Shown here piece by piece: positions 54,274-64,000 of a DNA stretch of 64,000 nt. A program made the translations under genes and the position numbers. The notes beneath the pieces are model-generated. The model was given only the letters and a program-made list of their open reading frames with translations. It did not search any database and was not told the DNA's origin. Each line of letters starts with the position of its first letter. Position 1 is the first letter of the stretch. The DNA is from Eledone cirrhosa (taxonomy: Eukaryota), in the NCBI GenBank assembly GCA_964016885.1, contig OZ024740.1, positions 421,786,001 to 421,850,000 of the forward strand, given 5' to 3'.

Positions 54274-57249
54274 TTAGGTAAGGCGGGTCTTCTCTGTTAC
54301 TGAGTACCGCCAAAGGTCTCGGTCCAGTGACATTGTCTTGGAGAGGTGTAAGTGTGTGATGTCGGAGTTTATCAGCTCGTCCCAGGTTTTTCTAGGTCTG
54401 CCTATTCCGTGACTACCGTCTATCTTTATTGCCCTGCACTTTGTTATACAGCTGTCGACTTTCATGCGCATCACGTGTCCATACCAACGTAGCCTTCTCT
54501 CGAGTAAACAACATCTGATCCCTCTTATCTCTAATTTTTTCCTTAGTTCGTTTATGCTTTGCCGTTCACGTATATTACTGTTACACATCCAGCGGAGCAT
54601 GCAAGCTTCGTTCCTCTCTAGTCTGCGTATATCCTCTGCACACAATGCCCAGGTCTCACTGCCATGCAGCATTGCTGTTCGTATGCAGGCATCGTATAAC
54701 CTGCCTTTCATTTTTAGTGAGAACCCTTTAGCAGCTAATAGTGGTATAAGCTCTCTGAACTTTTTCCAACCAGTTCTGACTCTAGCTACAGTACTTTCAG
54801 AGCACCCTCCCCCACTGCTGATTTTATCGCCCAGGTAACGGAAGCTGTCCACTATTTCTATAGAACCCTCTGCGCAATTGAAAGAGCTAGTATTTTGTGG
54901 GCACTTGCTGCTACTTATTGCACCAGAGCACCGGCCACATGTAAAATCTATGTTCTTAGTTAGCTTACCTGTGATCCCACTACATCTTTTATGCACCCAT
55001 ACTTTGCATTTAGGACATAAAATGGAGTTTCTATCTACGCCTTTCCTACACACCGAGCACGACCATTTCCCAGAAGGGACCGCCGCCTTGTTTTCTTTCC
55101 TACAAACTAGTACTTTGGTCTTAGCCAGGTTAATTTTAAGTCCTTTTGACTCTAGGCCGTGCTTCCATGTTTGGAATTTCTTCTCTAGCTCGGCCATTGA
55201 TTCCGCTATGAGTGTCAGGTCGTCTGCGTATAGGAGTTCCCATGGGCAGCCTGTCTTGAACTCCTCTGTTATAGCCTGAAGGGCAATAATAAATAGTAGT
55301 GGGCTGAGAACAGAGCCCTGATGGACGCCAACTTTTACGCTAAACTCTTCACTATATTCGTTGTTAATTCTAACCTTGCTGACTGTTTCTTTATACATGG
55401 CTTGTATAGCCCTCACAAGCCATTCGTCAACGCCTAGTTTTCTAAGAGCCCACCAGATAATGGAGCGGGGGACTCTGTCGAAGGCTTTCTCCAAGTCGAC
55501 AAAAGCTAAGTAGAGGGGCTTACCTTTAGCTAGGTACTTCTCCTGTAGTTGTCGTACTATGAAAAGAGCGTCTGTGGTACTTTTGCCTGACACAAACCCG
55601 AACTGCATTTCATCTAGGTCAATTCTCTCTCTGATTAGTTGCGCTATTACTTTTTCCGTGACCTTCATGACCTGGTCGATTAATTTAATGCCTCTATAGT
55701 TACTCCTATCGAGGGCGTCTCCTTTACCCTTATAACAGTTAACGATGATGCTGCTATGCCAGTCCTTCGGAACAACCCCATTCTGTACGACTTGGTTAAC
55801 TATGCGGGTGACCATGGTGTGTCCCACCGTGCCAGATGCCTTCAGCATCTCAGCAACTATTTCCGAAGGCCCAGCCGCCTTACCCGTCTTCATATCCTTG
55901 ATTGCCTTACTTATTATACTCCCCTCGACTAACACTGCTGGTCCCTCTATTGGGTCGATATGGGGGAGACTGTCTTTCTCCCATTTATTCTCCTCATTTA
56001 GTAGCCTTTCATAGTGACACTTCCAAGCTACCTTCTTATCAGCGTCGGTGATGGCAAGTGTGCCATCGTCGTTTAGTACACACTTCTCCCCGACAATATC
56101 ACGGTTTTCCTTGACGCATTGCCTAGCAATCCTGAACACTTCACGTTTTTGGTCATCGCGTTGTAGAACATGCATGAACTTTCTTTCCTCAGCTTCCCTT
56201 CTTGCTAAGTACACTTGTCTCCTAGCTTCCCTCCTGGCCACTTGATAGTCCTCTCTACTTCCCCCATCCCGCCATACTTTCCAAGCCTGCTTTTTGGCCT
56301 TAATTGACCCCTCCACCTTACTGTTCCACCACCATGTTACTCTCCTCCTGCCTACAGGCCTGCTCCAGCCACAGACTTCGTCTGTCGCCAACAGCAGGCT
56401 TGCTTTCAGAAATTCCCACTCTCCCTCTATATTGTCCGACTCTAAATGTTCTTCCTTACTGTCGAAAGCATCAAGTAATATGCTTTGAAATTTATTCCTG
56501 GCTGTGGGGTCCTTTAGCTTCCATATTTTTCTCCTGAGGATAGTCCTCTTCTGCTGTCGAGTACGTCTCGTCCTGACTATGAGGTCGCTAATTATCAGTC
56601 TATGTTGGGAGGTGCATTCTTCATGGGGGAGGGATTTAATGTTTACAACAGACACTCTGTCACGTCTTCTGGTAAGGATATAATCTACCTGGCTTGTGTG
56701 TTCCCCGGATCTATAGGTGATCAGGTGATTGTCACGTTTTTTGAAGTTAGTGTTACAGATAGTTAGGTTATTTGCATCACAGAATTCCAGGATTCTGGAG
56801 CCTTCCTCATTTCTAGTACCAAACCCATAGCCTCCATGGATTTCGTCGTAGCCGTCACAATGTTGTCCAACGTGACCATTTAGGTCGCCTGCGATAATTA
56901 TATAGTCACTGTCGGATATTTGGGAGGTAGTTAGCATCAGTGTCTCATAGAATCTGTCTTTTATAGTGCCGGGCAGTCCGGATTGGGGTGCGTACGCAGA
57001 TATTACTGTCACCGTAGTTCTATTGAGGACAAGTCGTATTTTAATTATTCTGTCGTTCACTCTATTTACGTCTATTATCTTATCTGCCCACTTTTCTGCT
57101 ACCATGATTCCTACTCCACCCAGCCCATCGTCGTTTCCCACCCAGAAAAGCTTATAACATCGTTTTTTACCCTCAATGAACCTAGCAGACCCGCCCCTCC
57201 ACCTGGTCTCTTGAATACAACAAACATCGACCTCCTTACGTTCAAGCAT
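54274..57249 (-). CDS. RTE LINE APE endonuclease-reverse transcriptase with a PHD-type finger (frame open to 57357)
   Basis: 991-aa translation identical to 36707..39682. Confidence 0.95.
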   Translation of the reverse strand: MLERKEVDVCCIQETRWRGGSARFIEGKKRCYKLFWVGNDDGLGGVGIMVAEKWADKIIDVNRVNDRIIKIRLVLNRTTVTVISAYAPQSGLPGTIKDRFYETLMLTTSQISDSDYIIIAGDLNGHVGQHCDGYDEIHGGYGFGTRNEEGSRILEFCDANNLTICNTNFKKRDNHLITYRSGEHTSQVDYILTRRRDRVSVVNIKSLPHEECTSQHRLIISDLIVRTRRTRQQKRTILRRKIWKLKDPTARNKFQSILLDAFDSKEEHLESDNIEGEWEFLKASLLLATDEVCGWSRPVGRRRVTWWWNSKVEGSIKAKKQAWKVWRDGGSREDYQVARREARRQVYLARREAEERKFMHVLQRDDQKREVFRIARQCVKENRDIVGEKCVLNDDGTLAITDADKKVAWKCHYERLLNEENKWEKDSLPHIDPIEGPAVLVEGSIISKAIKDMKTGKAAGPSEIVAEMLKASGTVGHTMVTRIVNQVVQNGVVPKDWHSSIIVNCYKGKGDALDRSNYRGIKLIDQVMKVTEKVIAQLIRERIDLDEMQFGFVSGKSTTDALFIVRQLQEKYLAKGKPLYLAFVDLEKAFDRVPRSIIWWALRKLGVDEWLVRAIQAMYKETVSKVRINNEYSEEFSVKVGVHQGSVLSPLLFIIALQAITEEFKTGCPWELLYADDLTLIAESMAELEKKFQTWKHGLESKGLKINLAKTKVLVCRKENKAAVPSGKWSCSVCRKGVDRNSILCPKCKVWVHKRCSGITGKLTKNIDFTCGRCSGAISSSKCPQNTSSFNCAEGSIEIVDSFRYLGDKISSGGGCSESTVARVRTGWKKFRELIPLLAAKGFSLKMKGRLYDACIRTAMLHGSETWALCAEDIRRLERNEACMLRWMCNSNIRERQSINELRKKLEIRGIRCCLLERRLRWYGHVMRMKVDSCITKCRAIKIDGSHGIGRPRKTWDELINSDITHLHLSKTMSLDRDLWRYSVTEKTRLT

Positions 57250-57646
57250 TTCTACAACCTCGTTAGCGCGACCCTTTAGGGTGCCTACATTTATGGTACC
57301 AACTCTGAAGTTTTGGATTGCGTTTGGGGGTTGGGGGCGGTGGGCGATGGGGTTATGTTAGCCGTCCGCGGTCGAAACAATGAGGAGTGCTCGCATTCTC
57401 GTCCAAGAGGTGAATTTGTCTTTATCTTTGGCATTGTCGCTGAGCGTCCAGATTTTTCTCTCTCTCTCCTCCACTCTCCAGGATTCCGCAGTCCATCCAT
57501 CCATCATATTGAAAGGCAACCAGGCAAGCGATAGTATAGGCCTCTGGCTTCTGATTGGTCCGCGTAATAATACTGGTGATGCGTGGGGGCTCTGTTTTAT
57601 GATTGGTCCACGTAAAAGCAATGGTGGTGCGTGGGGGTGTTGGGTA

Positions 57647-58514
57647 GCTAGCTAGAAGGTAATGATTGAATGGGGTCCTTGCATTTAACAAGCGATTAAC
57701 AAAAATACAAAATTTGTTCTGTTGAATACGACCAAAAACTTTCGTATTTAACAATTAATAGAAACAGAAAATGTAGTTTGTTTTAGCGATAGATTGGCTA
57801 TTTGGACTTGATACGAAATATGGATTGTTTTGAAAATACGCTACAATTAGAATTAAAATACGCTAGAATTAGGATTTGCTAGAATTAGAATTAAAATACG
57901 CTAGAATTAGGATTTGTGGAGGGAGAGAAATGAAATCTGTACATTACGTTACATGAATATCGTGGGGTCGAGACAGCAAGCAATGAAATTTGGCGAAGTG
58001 AATTCCTATCATATATATATATAGAGAGAGAGGGGGGGGGGGGGGCGCATGATGGTTGTGTGTGTTAGGCGTTTGACCACCCCATGCCTTCGAAGAAGGA
58101 AGAAGGAAAGGATTTTGTTTTTTTGTTTTGAAGATACGCTAGAATTAGGGATTGAGGTTTGAAAATACGTTAGGAATTAAGGTTTGAAAATACGCTAGCT
58201 AGAAGGTAATGATTGAATGGGGTCCTTGCATTTAACAAGCGATTAACAAAAATACAAAATTTGTTCTGTTGAATACGACCAAAAACTTTCGTATTTAACA
58301 ATTAATAGAAACAGAAAATGTAGTTTGTTTTAGCGATAGATTGGCTATTTGGACTTGATACGAAATATGGATTGTTTTGAAAATACGCTAGAATTAGAAT
58401 TAAAATACGCTAGAATTAGGATTTGCTAGAATTAGAATTAAAATACGCTAGAATTAGGATTTGTGGAAGGAGAGAAATGAAATCTGTACATTACGTTACA
58501 TGAATATCGTGGGG
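57647..58514. repeat. 321-bp direct repeat pair in the 5' region of LINE F2
   Basis: 57647-57967 and 58194-58514, as in F1. Confidence 0.92.
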
Positions 58515-61500
58515 GTGTCATATTAAACCTACATAGAAAGGTGGATTAACTTAGATATATGTGTCATATTAAACCTAAATAGAAAGGTGGATTAACATAG
58601 ATATATGTGTCATATTAAACCTACATAGAAAGGTGAAAACTTAGATATATGTGTCATATTAAACCTTCATGGAAAGGTGGATTAACATAGATATATGTGT
58701 CATATTAAACCTACATAGAAAGGTGGATTAACTTAGATATATGTGTCATATTAAACCTACATAGAAAGGTGGATTAACATAGATATACGTGTCATATTAA
58801 ACCTACATAGAAAGGTGGATTAACATAGATATATGTGTCATATTAAACCTACATAGAAAGGTGGAGTAACATAGATATATGTGTCATATTAAAACTACAT
58901 AGAAAGGTGGATTAACATAGATATGTGTCATATTAAACCTACATAGAAAGGTGAATTAACATAGATATATGTGTCATATTAAACCTACATAGAAAGGTGG
59001 ATTAACTTAGATATATGTGTCATATTAAACCTACATAGAAAGGTGGATTAACATAGATATATGTGTCATATTAAACCTACATAGAAAGGTGGATTAACTT
59101 AGATATATGTGTCATATTAAACCTACATAGAAAGGTGGATTAACTTAGATATATGTGTCATATTAAACCAACATAGAAAGGTGGATTAACATAGAAATAC
59201 GTGTCATATTAAACCTACATAGAAAGGTGAATTAACTTAGATATATGTGTCATATTAAACCTACATAGAAAGGTGGATTAACATAGATATATGTGTCATA
59301 TTAAACCTACATAGAAAGGTGGATTAACATAGATATATGTGTCATATTAAACCTACATAGAAAGGTGAATTAACTTAGATATATGTGTCATATTAAACCT
59401 ACATAGAAAGGTGGATTAACTTAGATATATGTGTCATATTAAACCTACATAGAAAGATGAATTAACTTAGATATATGTATCATATTAAACCTACATAGAA
59501 AGGTGAATTAACTTAGATATATGTGTCATATTAAACCTACATAGAAAGGTGGATTAACTTAGATATGTGTGTCATATTAAACCTAAATAGAAGGGTGGAT
59601 TAACATAGATATATGTGTCATATTAAACCTACATAGAAAGGTGAATTAACTTAGATATATGTGTCATATTAAACCTAAATAGAAAGGTGGATTAACATAG
59701 ATATATGTGTCATATTAAACCTACATAGAAAGGTGAATTAACTTAGATATGTGTCATATTAAACCTTCATGGAAAGGTGGATTAACATAGATATATGTGT
59801 CATATTAAACCTACATAGAAAGGTGGATTAACATAGATATATGTGTCATATTAAACCTACATAGAAAGGTGGAGTAACATAGATATATGTGTCATATTAA
59901 ACCTACATAGAAAGGTGGATTAACATAGATATATGTGTCATATTAAACCTACATAGAAAGGTGGATTAACATAGATATATGTGTCATATTAAACCTACAT
60001 AGAAAGGTGGATTAACTTAGATATATGTGTCATATCAAACCTACATAGAAAGGTGAATTAACTTAGATATATGTGTCATATTAAACCTACATAGAAAGGT
60101 GAATTAACTTAGATATATGTGTCATATTAAACCTACATAGAAAGGTGGATTAACATAGATATATGTGTCATATTAAACCTACATAGAAAGGTGAATTAAC
60201 ATAGATATATGTGTCATATTAAACCTACATAGAAAGGTGGATTAACATAGATATATGTGTCATATTAAACCTACATAGAAAGGTGGATTAACTTAGATAT
60301 ATGTGTCATATTAAACCTACATAGAAAGGTGGATTAACATAGATATACGTGTCATATTAAACCTACATAGAAAGGTGGATTAACATAGATATATATGTCA
60401 TATTAAACCTACATAGAAAGGTGGAGTAACATAGATATATGTGTCATATTAAAACTACATAGAAAGGTGGATTAACATAGATATGTGTCATATTAAACCT
60501 ACATAGAAAGGTGAATTAACATAGATATATGTGTCATATTTAACCTACATAGAAAGGTGGATTAACTTAGATATATGTGTCATATTAAACCTACATAGAA
60601 AGGTGGATTAACTTAGATATATGTGTCATATTAAACCTACATAGAAAGGTGGATTAACTTAGATATATGTGTCATATTAAACCTACATAGAAAGGTGGAT
60701 TAACTTAGATATATGTGTCATATTAAACCAACATAGAAAGGTGGATTAACATAGAAATACGTGTCATATTAAACCTACATAGAAAGGTGAATTAACTTAG
60801 ATATATGTGTCATATTAAACCTACATAGAAAGGTGGATTAACATAGATATATGTGTCATATTAAACCTACATAGAAAGGTGGATTAACATAGATATATGT
60901 GTCATATTAAACCTACATAGAAAGGTGAATTAACTTAGATATATGTGTCATATTAAACCTACATAGAAAGGTGGATTAACTTAGATATATGTGTCATATT
61001 AAACCTACATAGAAAGATGAATTAACTTAGATATATGTGTCATATTAAACCTACATAGAAAGGTGAATTAACTTAGATATATGTGTCATATTAAACCTAC
61101 ATAGAAAGATGAATTAACTTAGATATATGTGTCATATTAAACCTAAATAGAAAGGTGGATTAACATAGATATATGTGTCATATTAAACCTACATAGAAAG
61201 GTGAATTAACTTAGATATGTGTCATATTAAACCTTCATGGAAAGGTGGATTAACATAGATATATGTGTCATATTAAACCTACATAGAAAGGTGGATTAAC
61301 ATAGATATATGTGTCATATTAAACCTACATAGAAAGGTGGAGTAACATAGATATATGTGTCATATTAAACCTACATAGAAAGGTGGATTAACATAGATAT
61401 ATGTGTCATATTAAACCTACATAGAAAGGTGGATTAACATAGATATATGTGTCATATTAAACCTACATAGAAAGGTGGATTAACATAGATATATGTGTCA

Positions 61501-62778
61501 TATTAAACCTACATAGAAAGGTGGATTAACTTAGATATATGTGTCATATCAAACCTACATAGAAAGGTGAATTAACTTAGATATATGTGTCATATTAAAC
61601 CTACATAGAAAGGTGAATTAACTTAGATATATGTGTCATATTAAACCTACATAGAAAGGTGAATTAACAGATATATGTGTCATATTAAACCTACATAGAA
61701 AGGTGGATTAACATAGATATATGTCATATTAAACCTACATAGAAAGGTGGATTAACTTAGATATATGTGTCATATTAAACCTACATAGAAAGGTGGATTA
61801 ACATAGATATATGTGTCATATTAAACCTACATAGAAAGGTGGATTAACATAGATATATGTGTCATATTAAACCTACATAGAAAGGTGGATTAACTTAGAT
61901 ATATGTGTCATATCAAACCTACATAGAAAGGTGAATTAACTTAGATATATGTGTCATATTAAACCTACATAGAAAGGTGAATTAACATAGATATATGTGT
62001 CATATTAAACCTACATAGAAAGGTGGATTAACATAGATATATGTGTCATATTAAACCTACATAGAAAGGTGGATTAACTTAGATATATGTGTCATATTAA
62101 ACCTACATAGAAAGGTGGATTAACATAGATATGTGTCATATTAAACCTACATAGAAAGGTGGATTAACTTAGATATATGTGTCATATTAAACCTACATAG
62201 AAAGGTGGATTAACATAGATATATGTGTCATATTAAACCTACATAGAAAGGTGGATTAACTTAGATATATGTGTCATATTAAACCTACATAGAAAGGTAA
62301 ATTAACTTAGATATATGTGTCATATTAAACCTACATAGAAAGGTGGATTAACTTAGATATATATGTCATATTAAACCTACATAGAAAGGTGGATTAACTT
62401 AGATATATGTGTCATATTAAACCTACATAGAAAGGTGAATTAACTTAGATATATGTGTCATATTAAACCTACATAGAAAGGTGGATTAACTTAGATATAT
62501 GTGTCATATTAAACCTACATAGAAAGGTGGATTAACTTAGATATATGTGTCATATTAAACCTACATAGAAAGGTGGATTAACTTAGATATGTGTCGTATT
62601 AAACCTACATAGAAAGGTGGATTAACATAGATATATGTGTCATATTAAACCTACATAGAAAGGTGGATTAACTTAGATATGTGTCGTATTAAACCTACAT
62701 AGAAAGGTGGATTAACATAGATATATGTGTCATATTAAACCTACATAGAAAGGTGGATTAACATAGATATATGTGTCA
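58515..62778. repeat. 46-bp satellite array, terminal segment
   Basis: Tandem monomers ending abruptly at ..atatgtgtca|caaagaaat. Confidence 0.99.
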
Positions 62779-62959
62779 CAAAGAAATAGATAAACAAAAA
62801 ATAAAATCAATTGAAACTGAACAAAAAAAGAATTTTTAAAATACGCAATTGAGAATAGACCCACTACACTCTGTAAGTGAAATACACATTGGGCTTCTGC
62901 ATAGTTTTCATCTACCAAATTCCACTCACAAGTCATTTCGTAGAAAAAGCTTGCCAAAT

Positions 62960-63005
62960 TTAGACCCATAGTCACATTGGAAAATGGATGGTGATGATGA
63001 TGATA
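62960..63005 (+). mobile_element. Degraded RTE-type 3' tail remnant
   Basis: GACCCATAGTCACATTGGAAAATGGATGGTGATGATGATGAT loosely resembles the LINE 3' end AACCCATGCAAGCGTGGAACACGGACG..(GAT)n. Confidence 0.45.
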
Positions 63006-63104
63006 TGAAGCTTTTGCCCCATACTCAAATGAACGTGAGGCATGGGGGAGGGGGGTAGTTGAGGGAGAGAGAGAGAGAAGTGGGCAGGAGTAGGTAACCC
63101 CTCC

Positions 63105-63316
63105 CACTGCAAAAAAGCACCCAGCCCACACTGTAAATGAGGTTGGTGTTAGGAAGGGTATCAAGCTGTAGAAATCAAGCCAGAATCAGTTCCTGTATGA
63201 GCAAGACAAGGTCAGCCAACCGGGCACTGCCCACAACAGGACAACCCGTCTAACCCATGCTAGCGTGGAAGAATGGACGTAAAATGGTCATGATGATGAT
63301 GATGATGATGATGATG
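63105..63316 (+). mobile_element. Older RTE-3'UTR-related element (truncated LINE end or SINE tail) with a (GAT)n tail
   Basis: CCAGCCCACACTGTAAATGAGGTTGGTGTTAGGAAGGGTATC and CCCGTCTAACCCATGCTAGCGTGGAA match the reverse complement of the LINE 3'UTR in this window. Ends in (GAT)n. The left boundary is approximate. Confidence 0.85.
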
Positions 63317-63322
63317 AAATAC

Positions 63323-63471
63323 CTGTTTACAGTTCTTTGAACTAATCAATTTAGCAACTACACAGTAATTATTGCGGTAGACATCATGGAGAACTCGGAA
63401 TAAGGATTCTTCTGCTCCGTTCCATTCATCACTGGTAGGTTTCTTACGGACTGGGAACATTATTTCTGAAT
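63323..63471 (-). CDS. EZH2: Internal coding exon of Enhancer of zeste / EZH1-2 orthologue (PRC2 H3K27 methyltransferase), SANT2 region
   Basis: Translation [49 protein letters not shown] aligns by eye with human EZH2 as recalled ([35 protein letters not shown]). Acceptor ttctttctttattcctattactAG| (phase 1; an alternative AG lies 6 nt inside). Donor CAG|GTATTT (phase 0). Confidence 0.9.
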
Positions 63472-63711
63472 CTAGTAATAGGAATAAAGAAAGAAGTAAT
63501 AATTAAATGGAAACAACAAAGCAAATTAAGGAATTGTAAGATGTTAAGGAGTAACTACAGATGCACACATAATGACATTTGTATTTTATACTGCAAACTG
63601 TAAATAACAGTAATGATGCTTACAGATTTCCAATAAAGCCATCACTGACACACACAATTATTTCTGTAGTTATCATGATGATAGTGAGGCTACTTTACAA
63701 CTGATAACATG

Positions 63712-63838
63712 TATTATTGTCATTTTTATGTCTATGTTGGTATGGCTTGGAGGAGACATTTTGGAGCAGTTTATTTTTTTGTTTTTGTATGGCCAGATTA
63801 CCATCTTAATGCCAACTCATACTTTTTAAGTATACTAG
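63712..63838 (-). mobile_element. Possible highly degraded RTE-tail-like repeat
   Basis: Weak by-eye similarity to the LINE 3'UTR blocks (atgttggtatggcttggagg; ttgtatggccagattaccatcttaatgccaac). Confidence 0.3.
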
Positions 63839-63839
63839 G

Positions 63840-64000
63840 GAGGTGGCATGTGACCTAGTGGTAAGAGTGTTGGACTTACTATTGTATTGTCGTGGGTTCA
63901 ATTCCTGGACTGGGTTGTGTTCTTGAGCAAAACACTTCATTTCATGTTGCTCCAGTATACTCAATCTGAAAATGAGTACCAACAATAGCTAAGGGTCCTG
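63840..64000 (+). mobile_element. tRNA-derived SINE with a CORE-like central domain (degenerate)
   Basis: Pol III A-box-like TGACCTAGTGG (63851-63861) and B-box GGTTCAATTCC (63895-63905), followed by TGTGTTCTTGAGCAAAACACTT..ACTCAATCTGAAAATGAGTA, which resembles the CORE-SINE domain. Confidence 0.7.

Larger units (their letters stand above)
53879..58514 (-). mobile_element. Near-full-length RTE-clade LINE, copy F2
   Basis: Appears identical to F1 (offset 17567), including both junctions and the flanking GTGAAAACTTAG monomer variant. Confidence 0.97.

Noticed and set aside
31371-58514. Independent repeated transposition to explain the two piggyBac and two full-length LINE copies
   Set aside because: Identical junctions and identical flanking monomer-variant order show segmental duplication instead.
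854-62778. CRISPR array or RT-associated prokaryotic system (retron, DGR, group II intron)
   Set aside because: The repeats are head-to-tail with no unique spacers, and there are no cas genes. The RT is an APE-type non-LTR enzyme, and the context is eukaryotic (spliceosomal exon, SINE).
62730-63164. 144-aa minus-strand ORF as a gene or as the next EZH2 exon
   Set aside because: It is stitched from retroelement remnants, low-complexity sequence and a satellite monomer, with no similarity to the expected VYEF..PPRKKK segment.
63260-63460. Standalone 66-aa poly-His protein
   Set aside because: It is the EZH2 exon read through its donor into a (CAT)n retroelement tail.
63840-63912. Functional tRNA gene
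   Set aside because: A and B boxes are present, but I see no convincing cloverleaf and the sequence runs into a SINE-like body.

Overview
Eukaryotic (animal) genomic DNA; the repeat families resemble those I recall from octopus/coleoid cephalopods, which is unverified inference. About 46 kb of the window is one tandem satellite of roughly 1000 copies of a 46-bp monomer (GTGTCATATTAAACCTACATAGAAAGGTG[G/A]ATTAAC[A/T]TAGATATAT), running from 854 to 62778. The array is interrupted by three copies of one 5'-truncated RTE-clade LINE insertion, two copies of a near-full-length RTE LINE (APE endonuclease plus RT, with a C4HC3 PHD-type finger inside the RT region) and two copies of an internally deleted piggyBac transposon with TTAA target duplications. 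All of these lie on the minus strand. The multiple copies are explained by nested tandem duplications of the array: a 14.6-kb duplication, a later 3.4-kb duplication and a 460-bp indel. Just beyond the array, at 63323-63471 (minus strand), is a splice-site-bounded exon encoding the SANT2 region of Enhancer of zeste/EZH2. No downstream exon is visible, so the whole array appears to lie in one >63-kb EZH2 intron. On the gene's sense strand nearly every monomer reads like a 3' splice site followed by GT. The main leads are this giant satellite intron and a PHD-bearing RTE that inserted twice independently, without TSDs, at the same monomer position.
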